Shown in pieces: positions 42,401 through 55,570 of a DNA stretch of 64,000 nucleotides. The stretch lies in the NCBI GenBank assembly GCA_964106645.2, contig OZ067040.1, one strand, 5' to 3'. Source of the stretch: Podarcis pityusensis. Taxonomy: Eukaryota. Position 1 is the first letter of the stretch. The number at the start of each line of letters is the position of its first letter. The notes under the pieces were generated by a model. That model did no database searches. It was not told the origin of the DNA and saw only the letters and a program-made list of their open reading frames with translations. The position numbers and the translations under genes were made by a program.

Positions 42401-42924
42401 GTCTTTATTTATCTTCCTCTGTAACCAGGCCTTTGACCTTCTGTGGCCTTTTAGAAATAGGATGTTTTTGATGTATTTCTCTTTCCTTTTGGTTTTAATG
42501 TATCTACTGTATGTGAGTTTTATTGTCTATTTGTTTGACTACAATCTGGAGAAAACACAAATGACTGTTTGCGCCGACTGAGAGCTAAAGAGCGGTTTCC
42601 TCCTGGTGGAAAGCTGTGGGACAAGAGGAACTGTGGATTAGCCTTCTGTGAACTATTAACAAGCTTGAGCTGTACTTTTATTGGCATAGATGCATTTCAT
42701 CCACTCAACCTGTGGAAGGGAAGGGCCCTTACTTGGCGAAATGAAAGAGACAAGCACTTATTCTAGTTTTCAGGGCTGCATTTGGTGCTTCTGCCTTCCT
42801 GACAGAACATTAGGGAAGGAAAGGGAAGCATGGAGACTTTCCTTAGCAGGGGTTCCTGTATGTATGTATGTATGTATGTATGTGCGTATGTTTGTATGTC
42901 TGGCAGGAAGCTGGAAGAGAAGGA

Positions 42925-43016
42925 TACAGTGGGAAAGTGGCAAGGGGGAGTGCCTGGCATGCTCTGGTCCATGGGGTCACGAAGAGTCGGACACAACTAA
43001 ATGACTAAACAACAAC
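42925..43016 (+). mobile_element. RTE/BovB-type 3' end
   Basis: gcctggcatgctctggtccatggggtcacgaagagtcggacacaactaaatgactaaacaacaac is the characteristic BovB terminus. Confidence 0.85.
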
Positions 43017-43847
43017 TGCTTTGCTTCTCTAAGCTTGATGCCTTTCACTTGTCTCATGGGCACCCGAGTTCCCAAGGAACAAGCCTGCCACCAAGTTTCT
43101 AGTTTTTGTCTTCTGATATTTTTGGCCCTGCAGCTGTCTCCCAGTTCCACTGGCAAAGCGGCACAAATGCTCCTGTTTTGGAATGCAAGGACAACCAATG
43201 CCAGACTTTGGAATATTTTCAGTTGTGGAGCTTTTTTACTGAAGTCCATGCACTGGTCATCATGCCTGAAAGGGTGGTTTTTTTGTTCTTACTTCCTTTA
43301 TGTGCATGGCCCTGATAATTCTTCCACATCAACATCTTCAGAATGGTGGTGAAGGTGATAATACTCTGGCAATAATCTGATTGGCCAGGAAATACACCTT
43401 GGAATACCCAGAGTTTCTCTTGTTGCTGCGGCAAAATGAAGAATGGGACCTTTTGCATGATCCCCTGGTGCTTGATGCTGACTTCAGGGCTTTCCCTTCC
43501 TTCCTGTCACCCTCCCTGGGGGCTTTTCTATGACTATGTAGGATGGATTCCAGAAGAGAGGAGGAGGGAGGCAGGTGGGGCGAACCAGGTCTTGCTCCAG
43601 CTGGGATAGAAATGAGAGGAGTGGGAAGATTTGTTCCTGCCTGGTAGTTTTAATTAGGGCCCCTCAAGATGACCTATTAATTGAGCATTCTTCCCAAATA
43701 GCTTGCACAATGCTTACATGGTGGTTAAACTGCGTCTTGTCTTTGTTGAGCATTCACGCTGATTTGTTTACAGGGTGATTATATGAAAATGAGCATTGTC
43801 CTGCATTCATCTCATTTCCTTACAGAGTGTTTATGTGTTTTCCTGTA

Positions 43848-44159
43848 TAAACCACTGAACCTCTTGGGCTTGCTGATCAGAAGGTCGGCGGTTTTATCAG
43901 AAGGTCGGCGGTTCAAAAGCACACCAATGCAAGTAGATAAATAGGTACTGCTGTGGCAGGAAGGTAAACAGCATTTCCGTGCGCTCTGGCTTCCGTCATG
44001 GTGTTCCATTGCGCCAGAAGCGGTTTAGTCATGCTGGCCACATGACCCGGAAAGCTGTCTGTGGACAAACACCGGCTCCCTCAGTCTGAAGCAAGATGAG
44101 CACTGCACTCCATACTTGCCTTTGACTGGATTTAACCATCCAGGGATCCTTTACCTTTA
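43848..44159 (+). mobile_element. Sauria SINE with internal duplication and deletion
   Basis: Homologous to 18354-18671; atcagaaggtcggcggtt is present twice. Confidence 0.88.
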
Positions 44160-46676
44160 TTTGTTCATCCCACATTTTTCAATGCATTACCCTGTCACTT
44201 CTCAAGCTGCAAAATGACTTTTTTTTTTAAAGTGGATTTGGTGTGTCAGGGTGACAGAGCATATCAATCCATTTTAAATGCACAAATTTAACATACTGGT
44301 ATATGACTGACTCCTGACATTCCGGAGGTGCTCTAAGTTATGGTGCTGATATTTTGCTGAAAACTGCAGAGAAGCTGACAGTACAGTCTGTCAGTTGATC
44401 AGTCTCATCATTTTCAATACAGATCTGATTGCTGATCAGATGTGGCAATGAGATCTTTATAATTTCAGTATGGAAGCTTACTGCAAGGAGAACAGTAGAC
44501 ATCCAGGAGGCAATATCCATCTGGTAATGACAGAGGAATCAAAGAAGGAGTTTGAGATTGTCTCTTCCTAATAAATCTTCAGAATGAAGGAGTAGGTGGT
44601 TACCTTCAGGTAATAAACCAGACAGGCCAAAAAGTGCATCTTGGAATACCCAGAGCTTCTCTTGTTTCTGCTACAAATGGAAGAATAAGATTTTCTTATC
44701 TTTTTCATGATGCTCCTTTCTGAAAGTGACAGCATTCCCCACTGGAGCAGGAATCTAAAAGTGACAAGTTGAAGATGCCCAAATATAGGTTCAAAGAGCT
44801 CCACACACTCATCAGGGAAGCACCAGTTCTGCTACAACACTCAGAAATATGTGGTAACTGGGCTGAGACAAGAAAGCCACCTCTCTCACTGATGAGGTTA
44901 GAGGACTGAGTCTATCTCATGGACATCTTAAACATCTCATTTGCAAGTGCTTCAAAGCCTGGACTCCCTCCAATGTTGCCAGTCCTTTAAAAAATCAACT
45001 GCATATTGGATCTTTGTTCTGCAAAAGTGACGGCATCCTTAGCTCTAATGTCCTTTAGGCACTTCTCCGTGGAATTAATATACTTTCCCAGAGTTTTGAT
45101 AAAAACCATTTGTGTGAAATGGTTTAAAAGCTATTTGAACTGTTTTATTATACAGTACATACTGACTGTTCAGAGGACTCATGGGCTAAACACTGTTGTT
45201 TATGACGTGAATAAAGTCACAGGGAAAGCAAAAACAGATGATACTGATGTATCCTTGATTTGCTCTTTGTTTTAAGAAAAATGTCTCTCACGTGGGACCA
45301 TCTCTGTTTGATAGCAGTTGTGATGGTGCTTGGAATTCTTTCTGTTGCCAAAAAGATCTGATTAAACTTCAAAGGGACACCTGAACTTATTTATACCAAT
45401 TCAAGTGTGTTCTCATTTATAAATACTATTATGAAGAGTTGAATGCAACTCTGATTTTATCCATGACATCTTCCAAAGCCAGATGCTCTTTAGGTCTTCA
45501 GTACTCACATAAAAATCCTTCTTGGAAAGTTCTCTCTGGCTGCTTCTGTACTAGCAAATTTCTTTGACATCATTCATTTATCTTGTTTTTATAGGCCAGA
45601 GATATCCAATATAGTGATGAGAGGGGGGTCTTGTCGTCTGGGCCAACCGGGACCTCCATACATACTGCTCAGGCTTGCCCCCTAGAGAAGTACTTTGGTG
45701 CTGCTAACGCAACAAAAACAATGTGGGAGGCAGCAATTATGAGTTACCAATTACCACAGCCACAGCAGGTGCTGTGATTCTCCATTGTTTTGACTTCACC
45801 CCCAGAGGAACACTCCATTGTCTCTCAAGACAGACGGATGCCAACAAAATGCTTCAACTACATCCAAGCAATAAAGAACCTGGGGACGGCCTTGACCCTT
45901 CTTGATCCTGTTGCCATGTGTCTCCTTCTGATCTGTGTCCTTTGGTGTACTCTAATTCCTTCCAAATGTCAGATTTATTAGATTATGAACTCCACTGAAG
46001 GATCTGTCCCCAACCCCACTCAGCTTTTTGGAATCTGGCGCCAGGTGCCCGCAGTTGAGATATGAAGTGTTATTCTAATCTAGCACTATGCTATCCTAAT
46101 TTCAAATCTTTCACTGAAAACAGGACACTAAGGAACTTAAAATATAAACGAACATTAAGGTTTGCATTTCCTACTTCCACCAAGTAAGTTTATTTGTCCT
46201 ACAGGGAAATAAAAGCGACCTGAAAATCTCATGTATTGAAAGAGCCCCTGTTTTTATCTGCTCAACAACTGCTCAATATTTATTCAAATGTTCTGCATCA
46301 GAAGGCCAGTAGTTCAATTTCAAAAACATTGTTTTAATGTTATTGTAATTCTAAGGTCTTCACCACTTCCTCTTTAAAACACAGCATCACAGATGCTCTC
46401 CTACGTCATGGATGAACAGCATGGCATCCATAAGGGCTATGAATCTCTGCCTAGCCTGTGCCTGCTGTGACATCACAGCAATCAGCAACCTGTGACAGGA
46501 CAACGTCCACAGCCTGTGGATCATAGTCTGTGTTAGTGTTTGATATCCACATGCCGTAAGAAGCTCAGTAATGTATCAGTAGCTTTGTTCAGTGTCCTCT
46601 TATATTCCGAAACTTCTGTTTGCAACTGCTAAGAAAACAATTTAAAAAGAAAAAGAGAGGCATTAATTATATCTTA

Positions 46677-46784
<108 letters not shown>

Positions 46785-47240
46785 TTAAAATAAGACCTTC
46801 CAAACAAACACAACGTTAAAAAAAAAAATTAATAAAAAAAAATATTGTAATGCAGAGAAGCGATGGGGCGGGCAAGTGCTGCAATACTGAATTTTGTAAC
46901 ACAAGTTAACCCTCTGAATATATTTAGGTATAAAGCTTTATTGCTGGTGTTATCAGATTTTTCCCCCTAATAAGTTTGTAGGTATAACAACAAAAAAAGC
47001 ATTAGTGATCCATGGGTTAACTATCTGAAAAAGTTTTAGGAAATTTAAAAATGTTTTAGTAGTAGTTTTAAAAGAAAAAAGACGTTTATACAACACACAA
47101 ATCAGCATGCTCTTAAGATCAACATTTATTACTCAAAGGGTTAACACATAGTTCAACATTTTTACTTTGACAGCATTGTTGAGGTAAGCTGAAAACAATA
47201 AATTGAAAAGACAGAATCCACCATGAAAAAAATGAAGTCA

Positions 47241-47422
47241 NNNNNNNNNNNNNNNNNNNNNNNNNNNNNNNNNNNNNNNNNNNNNNNNNNNNNNNNNNNN
47301 NNNNNNNNNNNNNNNNNNNNNNNNNNNNNNNNNNNNNNNNNNNNNNNNNNNNNNNNNNNNNNNNNNNNNNNNNNNNNNNNNNNNNNNNNNNNNNNNNNNN
47401 NNNNNNNNNNNNNNNNNNNNNN
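47241..47422. other. Sequence gap (182 N) in a MYT1L intron
   Basis: Run of N. Confidence 1.
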
Positions 47423-47686
47423 CCTACCGAAAAAGCTGCAAAATGAACAGAATTCAATGAAAATGGCGTCTCAGTACGATATAGCATCATTAAGGACAAG
47501 CAGAGACCATGTTAGCTTCATCACTTAAACTTAACTGACAGTCTGAAACATTTATATGCTGCAAATGCTGCATGCTCATACTGCAAGGCATATATGTATT
47601 TGTTTATTCAAGTCAGACAACGAAAGAGAGAGAGAGAGAAAGGTTATAAGAGGAGTAAAAAATAATTTCACCTCACATTATGCTTA

Positions 47687-47917
<231 letters not shown>

Positions 47918-48071
47918 TCACCCCATTCACTTCAGTGGAGTAAATACTTCCACATATGAATTGGATGTCCTGCGCCTTCAGCAAATCACTACTTTGGAAG
48001 GATTGCAGACTACATCCTCTGCGATGAAGTGAGAGGAACAGTCTGCATGAACATGCGATTCTAAGTGCATA

Positions 48072-48445
48072 CCGTATTTCACTGCATAACGGTCGCATGT
48101 TTTAATGCTGATTTTTCCTTTCAAAAAAAGGGCTGTGTGACTATTATGTGTAGGAAAACCCGAGGCACAACCATTATGTGAGGAAAAACCTGAGGCGCAA
48201 CCATTGTGAGGAAACAATTCTTTATTAATGAACATACTTATGTTTCTGCTGCTTATTATTTGTTTTTGGTGCATCACTCATTGCAGTTTCTCTCACCCAC
48301 CCGCTCCCCTCACACCTTTGCTTGGTACAGAGAATGTGTGCTGAGTGCCCCTGTGACTATTATGCGGTAAATCCTTTGGGATCAATTTTAGGGACTGAAA
48401 AAGGGGCGTGGGACTATTATGTGATGGCGACCATTATGAGGTATT
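48072..48445. mobile_element. Tigger/pogo-like DNA element remnant with subterminal repeats
   Basis: ta-CCGTATTTCACTGCATAACGGTCGCA left end; about six copies of a GCGACCATTATG-like motif, the reverse complement of the inner TIR. Right terminus missing. Confidence 0.6.
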
Positions 48446-50300
48446 AGGGCTGCTTCATAGGCTACCACAGTAGTGTGGTTGCTACTCAAAGTTCATTCCA
48501 TCTGTTGGGAACTTCACGTTGCTGCTATCACTTGCGCAAGGAGGTCACCGCATGGATTGGTCCTATTGCATAGAAGTCTCTTCATCCTCGGCTGCACACA
48601 AGGGAGAGATGTGCATGTATTTTATTTACATGCTGCAGTCCCAATCCATGTGATGAGATTGGTACATAAAGTAGCTACACGGAACGGTTTCCATATGGAA
48701 GTCATTTTCACCTGCAACCAAAAATTGCCACTTTTTATTTTCAAATTTGGTGGTGTAATTTAGAATGCGTGAAAGGGAATTTATTGCCGATTTAGAATTC
48801 ACCTTCGTTTATTCAAATGGCTTGTATGGGAAACTTCAAAATGTCAAAACCACATTTTATATAGATGTTTGCTAATATGGAGTAGCATGGAGAAATAGCC
48901 GAGAATTAGGAACTCTGAATGTAGGTATAAAAACTTCTACCGTGCTGGGGTGGAAATTGCAATATGCTTGTTCTGTGAAGTTGTTCTTTTGGGTATCAGT
49001 ATCAACCACCCTCATTTTATGAATAGTTATGTACAAAAATCCACTGGGGTTTTTTGGGTTTTTTTTGTAGAATGAACATATGTGAAGACTTTACTCTCCC
49101 ATATATAACATATTATCCAGAAAAACACAAACATAATAACAGAGTCAAATAATTAAATATCCAAACATAGTATTTGATATTTCATAGTTATATGCACAAA
49201 TGACGCCTCAGTTCTAAATTACTGTTCTTACTAAGTATAGTTTGTAGGTTAGAATTCACAGCTCTCCACATATTGAATTTGGAAATGTTCAGATTAATGA
49301 GCTGAGATGCTTGGACACAAAAATTCCTGTAGATGGCAGTCTAATAAAAAATATGAAAGTTCCGCTTCTGCTTGGTTTGCATATACTATCTTTTATGTAT
49401 TTTCTCCTATTTTAGTGATAATGTATACAAAGCATATTCCATCATGTCTCATTTAAGCCCCCCCCCCCCAAAAGAAGAAGCTGTGCCATCATTTATTGAA
49501 CGAAGATTGATATGACAGCACAGGAAAAGTGCATATAAGATCAGGCAATCAAAATGTACCATCACCAAATTCCTTGACACTAAAGTCTGGGACTGTAAGA
49601 TCATGTCTGTATTACAGAAGCTTGACTATAAATTGTGCTAAGGAAAAGTTAGAACCTAACAAAGATAAACAGCACCATCATAAATAAAGCAGCACCGATG
49701 ATTACCAAAAGCCTCCTTTCCAAGCAACAATGGAAAATACAGCACATTTTACCTTTTTTGTCATTTGGAAATTTGTAATGAAAATATAGTCACTAACGAG
49801 ATTCTTCGTCTCCTTTCTTTTCTACCACTTTCAATGTCTGCAATGTCATCACAGCAACAAGAACACGGAAATAATCCCAAGCAGTTTACTTTTTCCCCCA
49901 TTATGGTGAATGGCTAACAGCTTTTTCCAGTATAAGGACAAAAAAATAGGCTATCTATGTGACATGTCTTCTGCTCTGTTAGCAAAGCAGTTTCTATATG
50001 TCTGCATTCCTTAATATCCCTGAATATGACAACCAAAGTTGATAAGCTAGGCAAGTTAGTTGCACAAAATTGCAGTCCCCTGTGTTCATTCTAAATTGAA
50101 CTTAGATAACCAAAGTATACCTTGAATTTCTGCAATGGAAATCAGAAGGATATGGAAAATGAGCACATAGTTAGTAAAACAATTTCTAGTTAAAATATTT
50201 GATCAGATGTCAACCATAGCTGCTTGTGGGTAAATCATTTCCACCACCACCACCACTACTTCTTAGAAATTCAAGGGAACAAAGCATGAAAGAGACATAC

Positions 50301-50537
50301 ACTGATTTCTTTTGAATCATCTTCATCTATCCTACTAGGCTTCATTTTTGTGTAGTCCACCGGCAAATCCCAGCAGTCACTCTCACTCAGCTGGTAACAC
50401 CTGTTATTCATCACAGCCTGTTGTTGCGGCGACATTGGTTCTAGGGGCGTCAAAATGGTGCAACAGCCATCTCGTTGCCGCTGCTTGTTCAAGCTCAAGT
50501 CTAACGTTCCATTTTCATCAACTTCCATATCAGGGTT
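50301..50537 (-). CDS. MYT1L: MYT1L coding exon ([15 protein letters not shown]...DSKEIS)
   Basis: aaacag| acceptor and |GTATGT donor; 237 nt, phase 0-0. Confidence 0.97.
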
Positions 50538-53500
50538 CTGTTTAAAAACACACACATGCCAAGGGTATAGAGTTCAGTTTGTTGTCATCAATTATTTCCC
50601 AGCACATACAGAGTTATAACCAAAAGGAGTGCTCCATTTACAATTCTGCTTCCTGGCAATACTGCTGTATAATCTCTGCAAAACATTTTCTTGTTGCAAA
50701 TTCTGCTGTCTTGATTTTAACTCCTTGACATGTCTAGTTCTTTGAGTTAACAACTATATGAATCTGATATGGCCTGAAGCGCCTTAATTAGGTGAGCAAT
50801 CAACAACAGAAGCTTAAACGTTAAATATCAGCAAACCTTTCAAATGCTAGCAACTGTGGAATCAGAAAAGAGAAGTTTTAAGTACTAAACAAAAAACACA
50901 AAAAACATACCATTCTCAACCAGTAACACCAACAGGCAGTTTCATGGGACTGGCCCCCATAAGCCTCTTTGTACTGTGCTTGCCACCTCCATATAAAGTG
51001 GAAATGTATTCAAACCACACAGACACCCCATCACAGACATTCAGTGATAAACTGCCTTTACATTCTACAAAGTCCTCCTTTATAATCATCTCAGCTTGGG
51101 GAAATGAAACTGGTACTGACATTCCCTGCAGCGATTGAGGAAGTGTGCTGGGAAAGTGAGGCATTTTCTTTCCGCCTTTCTACCTTTCCTTCTCCCTCTT
51201 TTATTTCCTTTTGCAAGTGAAGCAAAAATATCACACACACACACACTATACACACCTTCGAACCTTTGTTTTCCTAAAGCCAAAATGCACACAGCAATTC
51301 ATATTTTAAGAGAGAAAGACCCTTCTCCCAAGAAATCTTATTTCAAGCGTGGCTCTGCTTCCTCATGTTCTAGCAACCTGCTTTCCTTACAGTAATAAAA
51401 GCTTCCAGAAGACACTCCAAGAGAAAATATTTTCCCCATGCTTATTACCTAGAAAAATCATACATCACAATCCTGCTTGGATACTGTTTTTAATAGACCA
51501 AACTTGATTATTTCCTTGATGGTGATTTGGTGTGGCATTTACCTTCCCAGGAGTACCATTTCGATTTTAATAAAAAGGGAAAACATTGGGGAAGGGGGAA
51601 TCCTCTTTTAACTTAAAAAAAGAAAATGCAACATCTCCCGGTGATGTTACTTAAATTTCTTCTACCTAAACTGGATTAATATTACATGCCAGGGAAAAAT
51701 AGGTTTTCCTCTCTTCTGTATAATAATACAATGAATTCAAGTAAGATGAAAACAAAAGCTTTCTCCTTTTCTCTAAATTGACATTAATTATTTCTAATAG
51801 CTACTTTTGGGATAAGCTGTATTATCCATTTATCTTTATCTTTTGTTAAAGAAAATTTCTCTGCAAAAAGCAGAATATGTTTGCCAGACACAAAGTTCAC
51901 TTATAGCTTCAAAAACTTGGTTTGATTCACCCTCTGAGTGTTTGTTTGTATAGCCATCTAGTGGTCTCATGAAGGAAGCATAGGTTTGCTGGGAAATGGT
52001 TTTAAACAAGCAACATCTCATTAACTCTCTGAACCTTTTTTTTGTTTTTTGTAAAGATGAAATTTCTTCACATTTTTTTTTTAAGAGTCTTATTTCTTTT
52101 CTTTTTTTAAGACTGAATAAATTATTTAAGTACACGGTCCTAATTGTAAGGATTGCTCCTTTTTGTAATTAGTTCCTTTAGGCTCTGCCAAGTGGTTGTT
52201 AATCTATTAAGTGTTCACTAACACTTATAAAGTGGTGTCAGGCTGTGCAGCACGACTGTGTTGTGTTGAGCTGCATACTAGGGCTACTGAAGACACCTGG
52301 GATAGCTTTATATTTTCAGACTAAGGTCTCTCAGCATTAGTGACGGACAGACAGACTTAAGTTCAATCCATCCCAGTTTTGCGTGAGGGTAGAATCAAGT
52401 CTATCCTGTCCCGTTTCTAGGTGAATTTTTAAGGGGAAGTCTTTTAAAATCCACATGGTGTGGGGTTGGGGTTTTTTTTTTAGCACCTGAGTATTTGTTC
52501 CAGGTATTTGTACTTACTCTACCGCATTTGAAGTGTGGGGGTGTCAAGGAACCTGACACTCAGGCTTTGGGTGGCTAGATAAACATTATTATTTTTAACC
52601 CAGTTTTAAAGGGCAAAAATCATTTTTAGAAGAGCAGCCCTCAGTCGCCCCTCATAAAGGATTGTGGATTCCAAGCTGGACGCGTGATCCAGATATGTTG
52701 ATTCTCCCAGATCGAATCAGGTGAGTCTGCTTTGGAGTACAGGTTTGGCAGATTTCTCCTCCATGCCTAGCTCTGTGTAAGAAGTGTGGTTCTGACTAGC
52801 TAGCTCCCATCTTTGTGTACAGATACACGAGCAAAACAGGCCTTTCGATTAGTCAGTAGGGGTGCGTTAGCTCCTCATGTTGTTGGGAAGCCTAGCTCAG
52901 TATAGATCTCTTTTCTCCTCCCAAACTTCCAATGGGAAACAGTTGGTATTTGGGGCTACCTGAGTTTGCACGCTTATTAGCAACAGGACTAACAGCAGTA
53001 ATTCCGAGTCCCCACTACTGATGTGTCATTCAACATGGGCAGAACCCTCAGATCTCAAGTACCACCATGGGGAGATTCTCAGAAGTGAGAAATCAGAAAG
53101 CTATTTTCAAGTCCCACACCAAAGAATGTGGAAAACAAGCCTTAGTTGCTAACATAGAATGTTCCTTAGGGTCAGGGTTGGAAACAACAGTTTTTAAACA
53201 ACATCAAAACACTAATGCATGAAAACAAAGGAATGTATTTTTAAAATGTTTTCCATTGCTTCCAAAAATTTAGATCATGGCTTAAAGTTTTTTGAAATAT
53301 TAAGCTGTAAATAAATGTACTTAATTATTTTTTTAAAAAAGTGGGTAGTCACAGACTTTCCATGGAAATGGAACATCTACCTTCAGTAAGTCTTCAACCT
53401 TTTCAGACTCAGGGCCCACCTTTAAACCCAAACATGCATTTCAAGACACATTTCTTAATTTCTAAGCATAAATCTGTATAATCTTAGGTCAGATTTTTCA

Positions 53501-54113
53501 ATATGTTCAAGACACTATTAAGTGAATATTTATCACTGGACGTAGCAGTTTCCAGGGAGACACAAGCACCACACAAAACATACGCGCAACATACAAGATG
53601 GAGTATGGTTGAAGTTTGAAGTTGTGAGGCGAAGTCACTAATCTTCCTACTGCCCTGCTAATGTTTATTTGTACACACATTATAAAAGTAGGCCTACTCA
53701 GGAGTCTAATTCTGCTGTGCCAAACCACTCGTACTTGCCATGCAAAACAAATCCATTGCCAAATTATAATTTAAGTAAAAAAAATAAAATAATACACCAA
53801 TAAGCACATTAAAGCTATAGCACAGACTGTTCAGTGAATTCAGCTGACATAACCTTTGTAGTCTCCGCAGACCTCACCAGTTAAGGAAACATTTAACAAT
53901 AACAGCAGGCTTTTTATTCGTTTCCACCCTGTTTTTTAAACACTGTATTCTGAGCTAGATCATATCAGATGGTTGCTGCTGGACTACCATAGCAAAGCTG
54001 CAAGATGTCACTGCTAGAATTTATATGGAGAACAAGATTAAGCATCCTTGGAAGCTCTTGCTGTATTTATCATAGATGATTAGTATGATGCCAGTGCAGA
54101 CAATAAAGCGTTA

Positions 54114-54539
<426 letters not shown>

Positions 54540-54562
54540 CTATTAAGGGAGGGGGAAACCCA

Positions 54563-54564
<2 letters not shown>

Positions 54565-54601
<37 letters not shown>

Positions 54602-54786
54602 GGAACCGCTCCTGATAATTTTATGATATGTGAGTGTGGCTTCTTTTGCACAAGAAACCTGGATGTGATACTGCAAAGAAGCAGAGTGATAATCTCCAGA
54701 GTATTCTGCAGCGACACTCAGATCAGTTTTATAGCAAGCAAAATGTGCACAATGCACTATAAGGAGGGCTTTTAAAAAAACAAAAA

Positions 54787-54822
<36 letters not shown>
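54565..54822. repeat. Inverted microsatellite pair (GT)17 ... (AC)17
   Basis: (GT)17 at 54565-54598 and (AC)17 at 54789-54822. Confidence 0.95.
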
Positions 54823-54825
<3 letters not shown>

Positions 54826-55369
54826 CTGTTAACTGTTGGCAGGAGAAGAAGGAATGCACTGCCCCAGGAAAACGGGAGAACTTGCACAAAGCTCCTAATT
54901 CACACTATTTTCTGGGGGGGGGGGGGGCTGACAGAAAAGAAGCTCACTGAGAAGATAATATGCTCCTCTGTGTTGCCTTTGAAAGTGTTGCTACCTAAAC
55001 AGTACATTAAGAAGGCATCCCCTCATGAGCTGAACCTGGAACTATTGGAATTCCTTTCTCACCTACCCAGCCAACTGTTTATGTAATATTAAAAGCTATT
55101 ATGTCTTGACATAATATTTTTTTTGACAGCGTCTAATATACAAAGGTTGGTTCAGATGTAATGTCAAAAACCATGGTACCTGAAAGTTTTGCCTGTGGGG
55201 CAAATAGATGGTATTGGGGCAAGAATATAATCAGGAAAGTGGCACAGCGTTAAGGGGTAAAATTTCCTAGCCCAGTTCTATGGTTTTGATCTGAACCCAG
55301 CCCCTCCCCCTGCCAATTGCAATGACTATTTAATTTCTAAACGCCTCAGGAGACAAGAACGGAAGGGAA

Positions 55370-55570
55370 AGGTACTGGATCAGGCTAAAGGACCATCTAC
55401 TCCATCATTCTTTCCTCACAGGAAGCTCACAAGTAAGGACCTCTACACACTTGGTCTATGCATCTTCTAAAGCTATCCAGGTTCATGGCCATCACTACCT
55501 CTTGTGAGAGCAAATCTAATAGTTTAGCTATGCCCTGTGTGAAGAAGTGCTGTCTTCTGTCTGTCCCGAA
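55370..55570 (-). mobile_element. Old CR1 3' fragment
   Basis: ctggatcaggctaaaggaccatcta...ggccatcactacctcttgtg...tgtgtgaagaagt pattern typical of a reversed squamate CR1 3' region. Confidence 0.6.

Noticed and set aside
42925-43016. BovB fragment as evidence of horizontal transfer
   Set aside because: BovB is a long-known resident of squamate genomes; a short 3' end is uninformative.
44560-45150. Possible ancient LINE coding remnant (also 32540-33100 and an L1-like tail near 38790-38960)
   Set aside because: Too degenerate to support a call without a profile search.
48130-48445. Regularly recurring ~12-bp motif resembling a repeat-spacer array
   Set aside because: Irregular spacing in a eukaryotic intron; the motif is the reverse complement of a DNA-transposon TIR, so these are subterminal repeats, not CRISPR.
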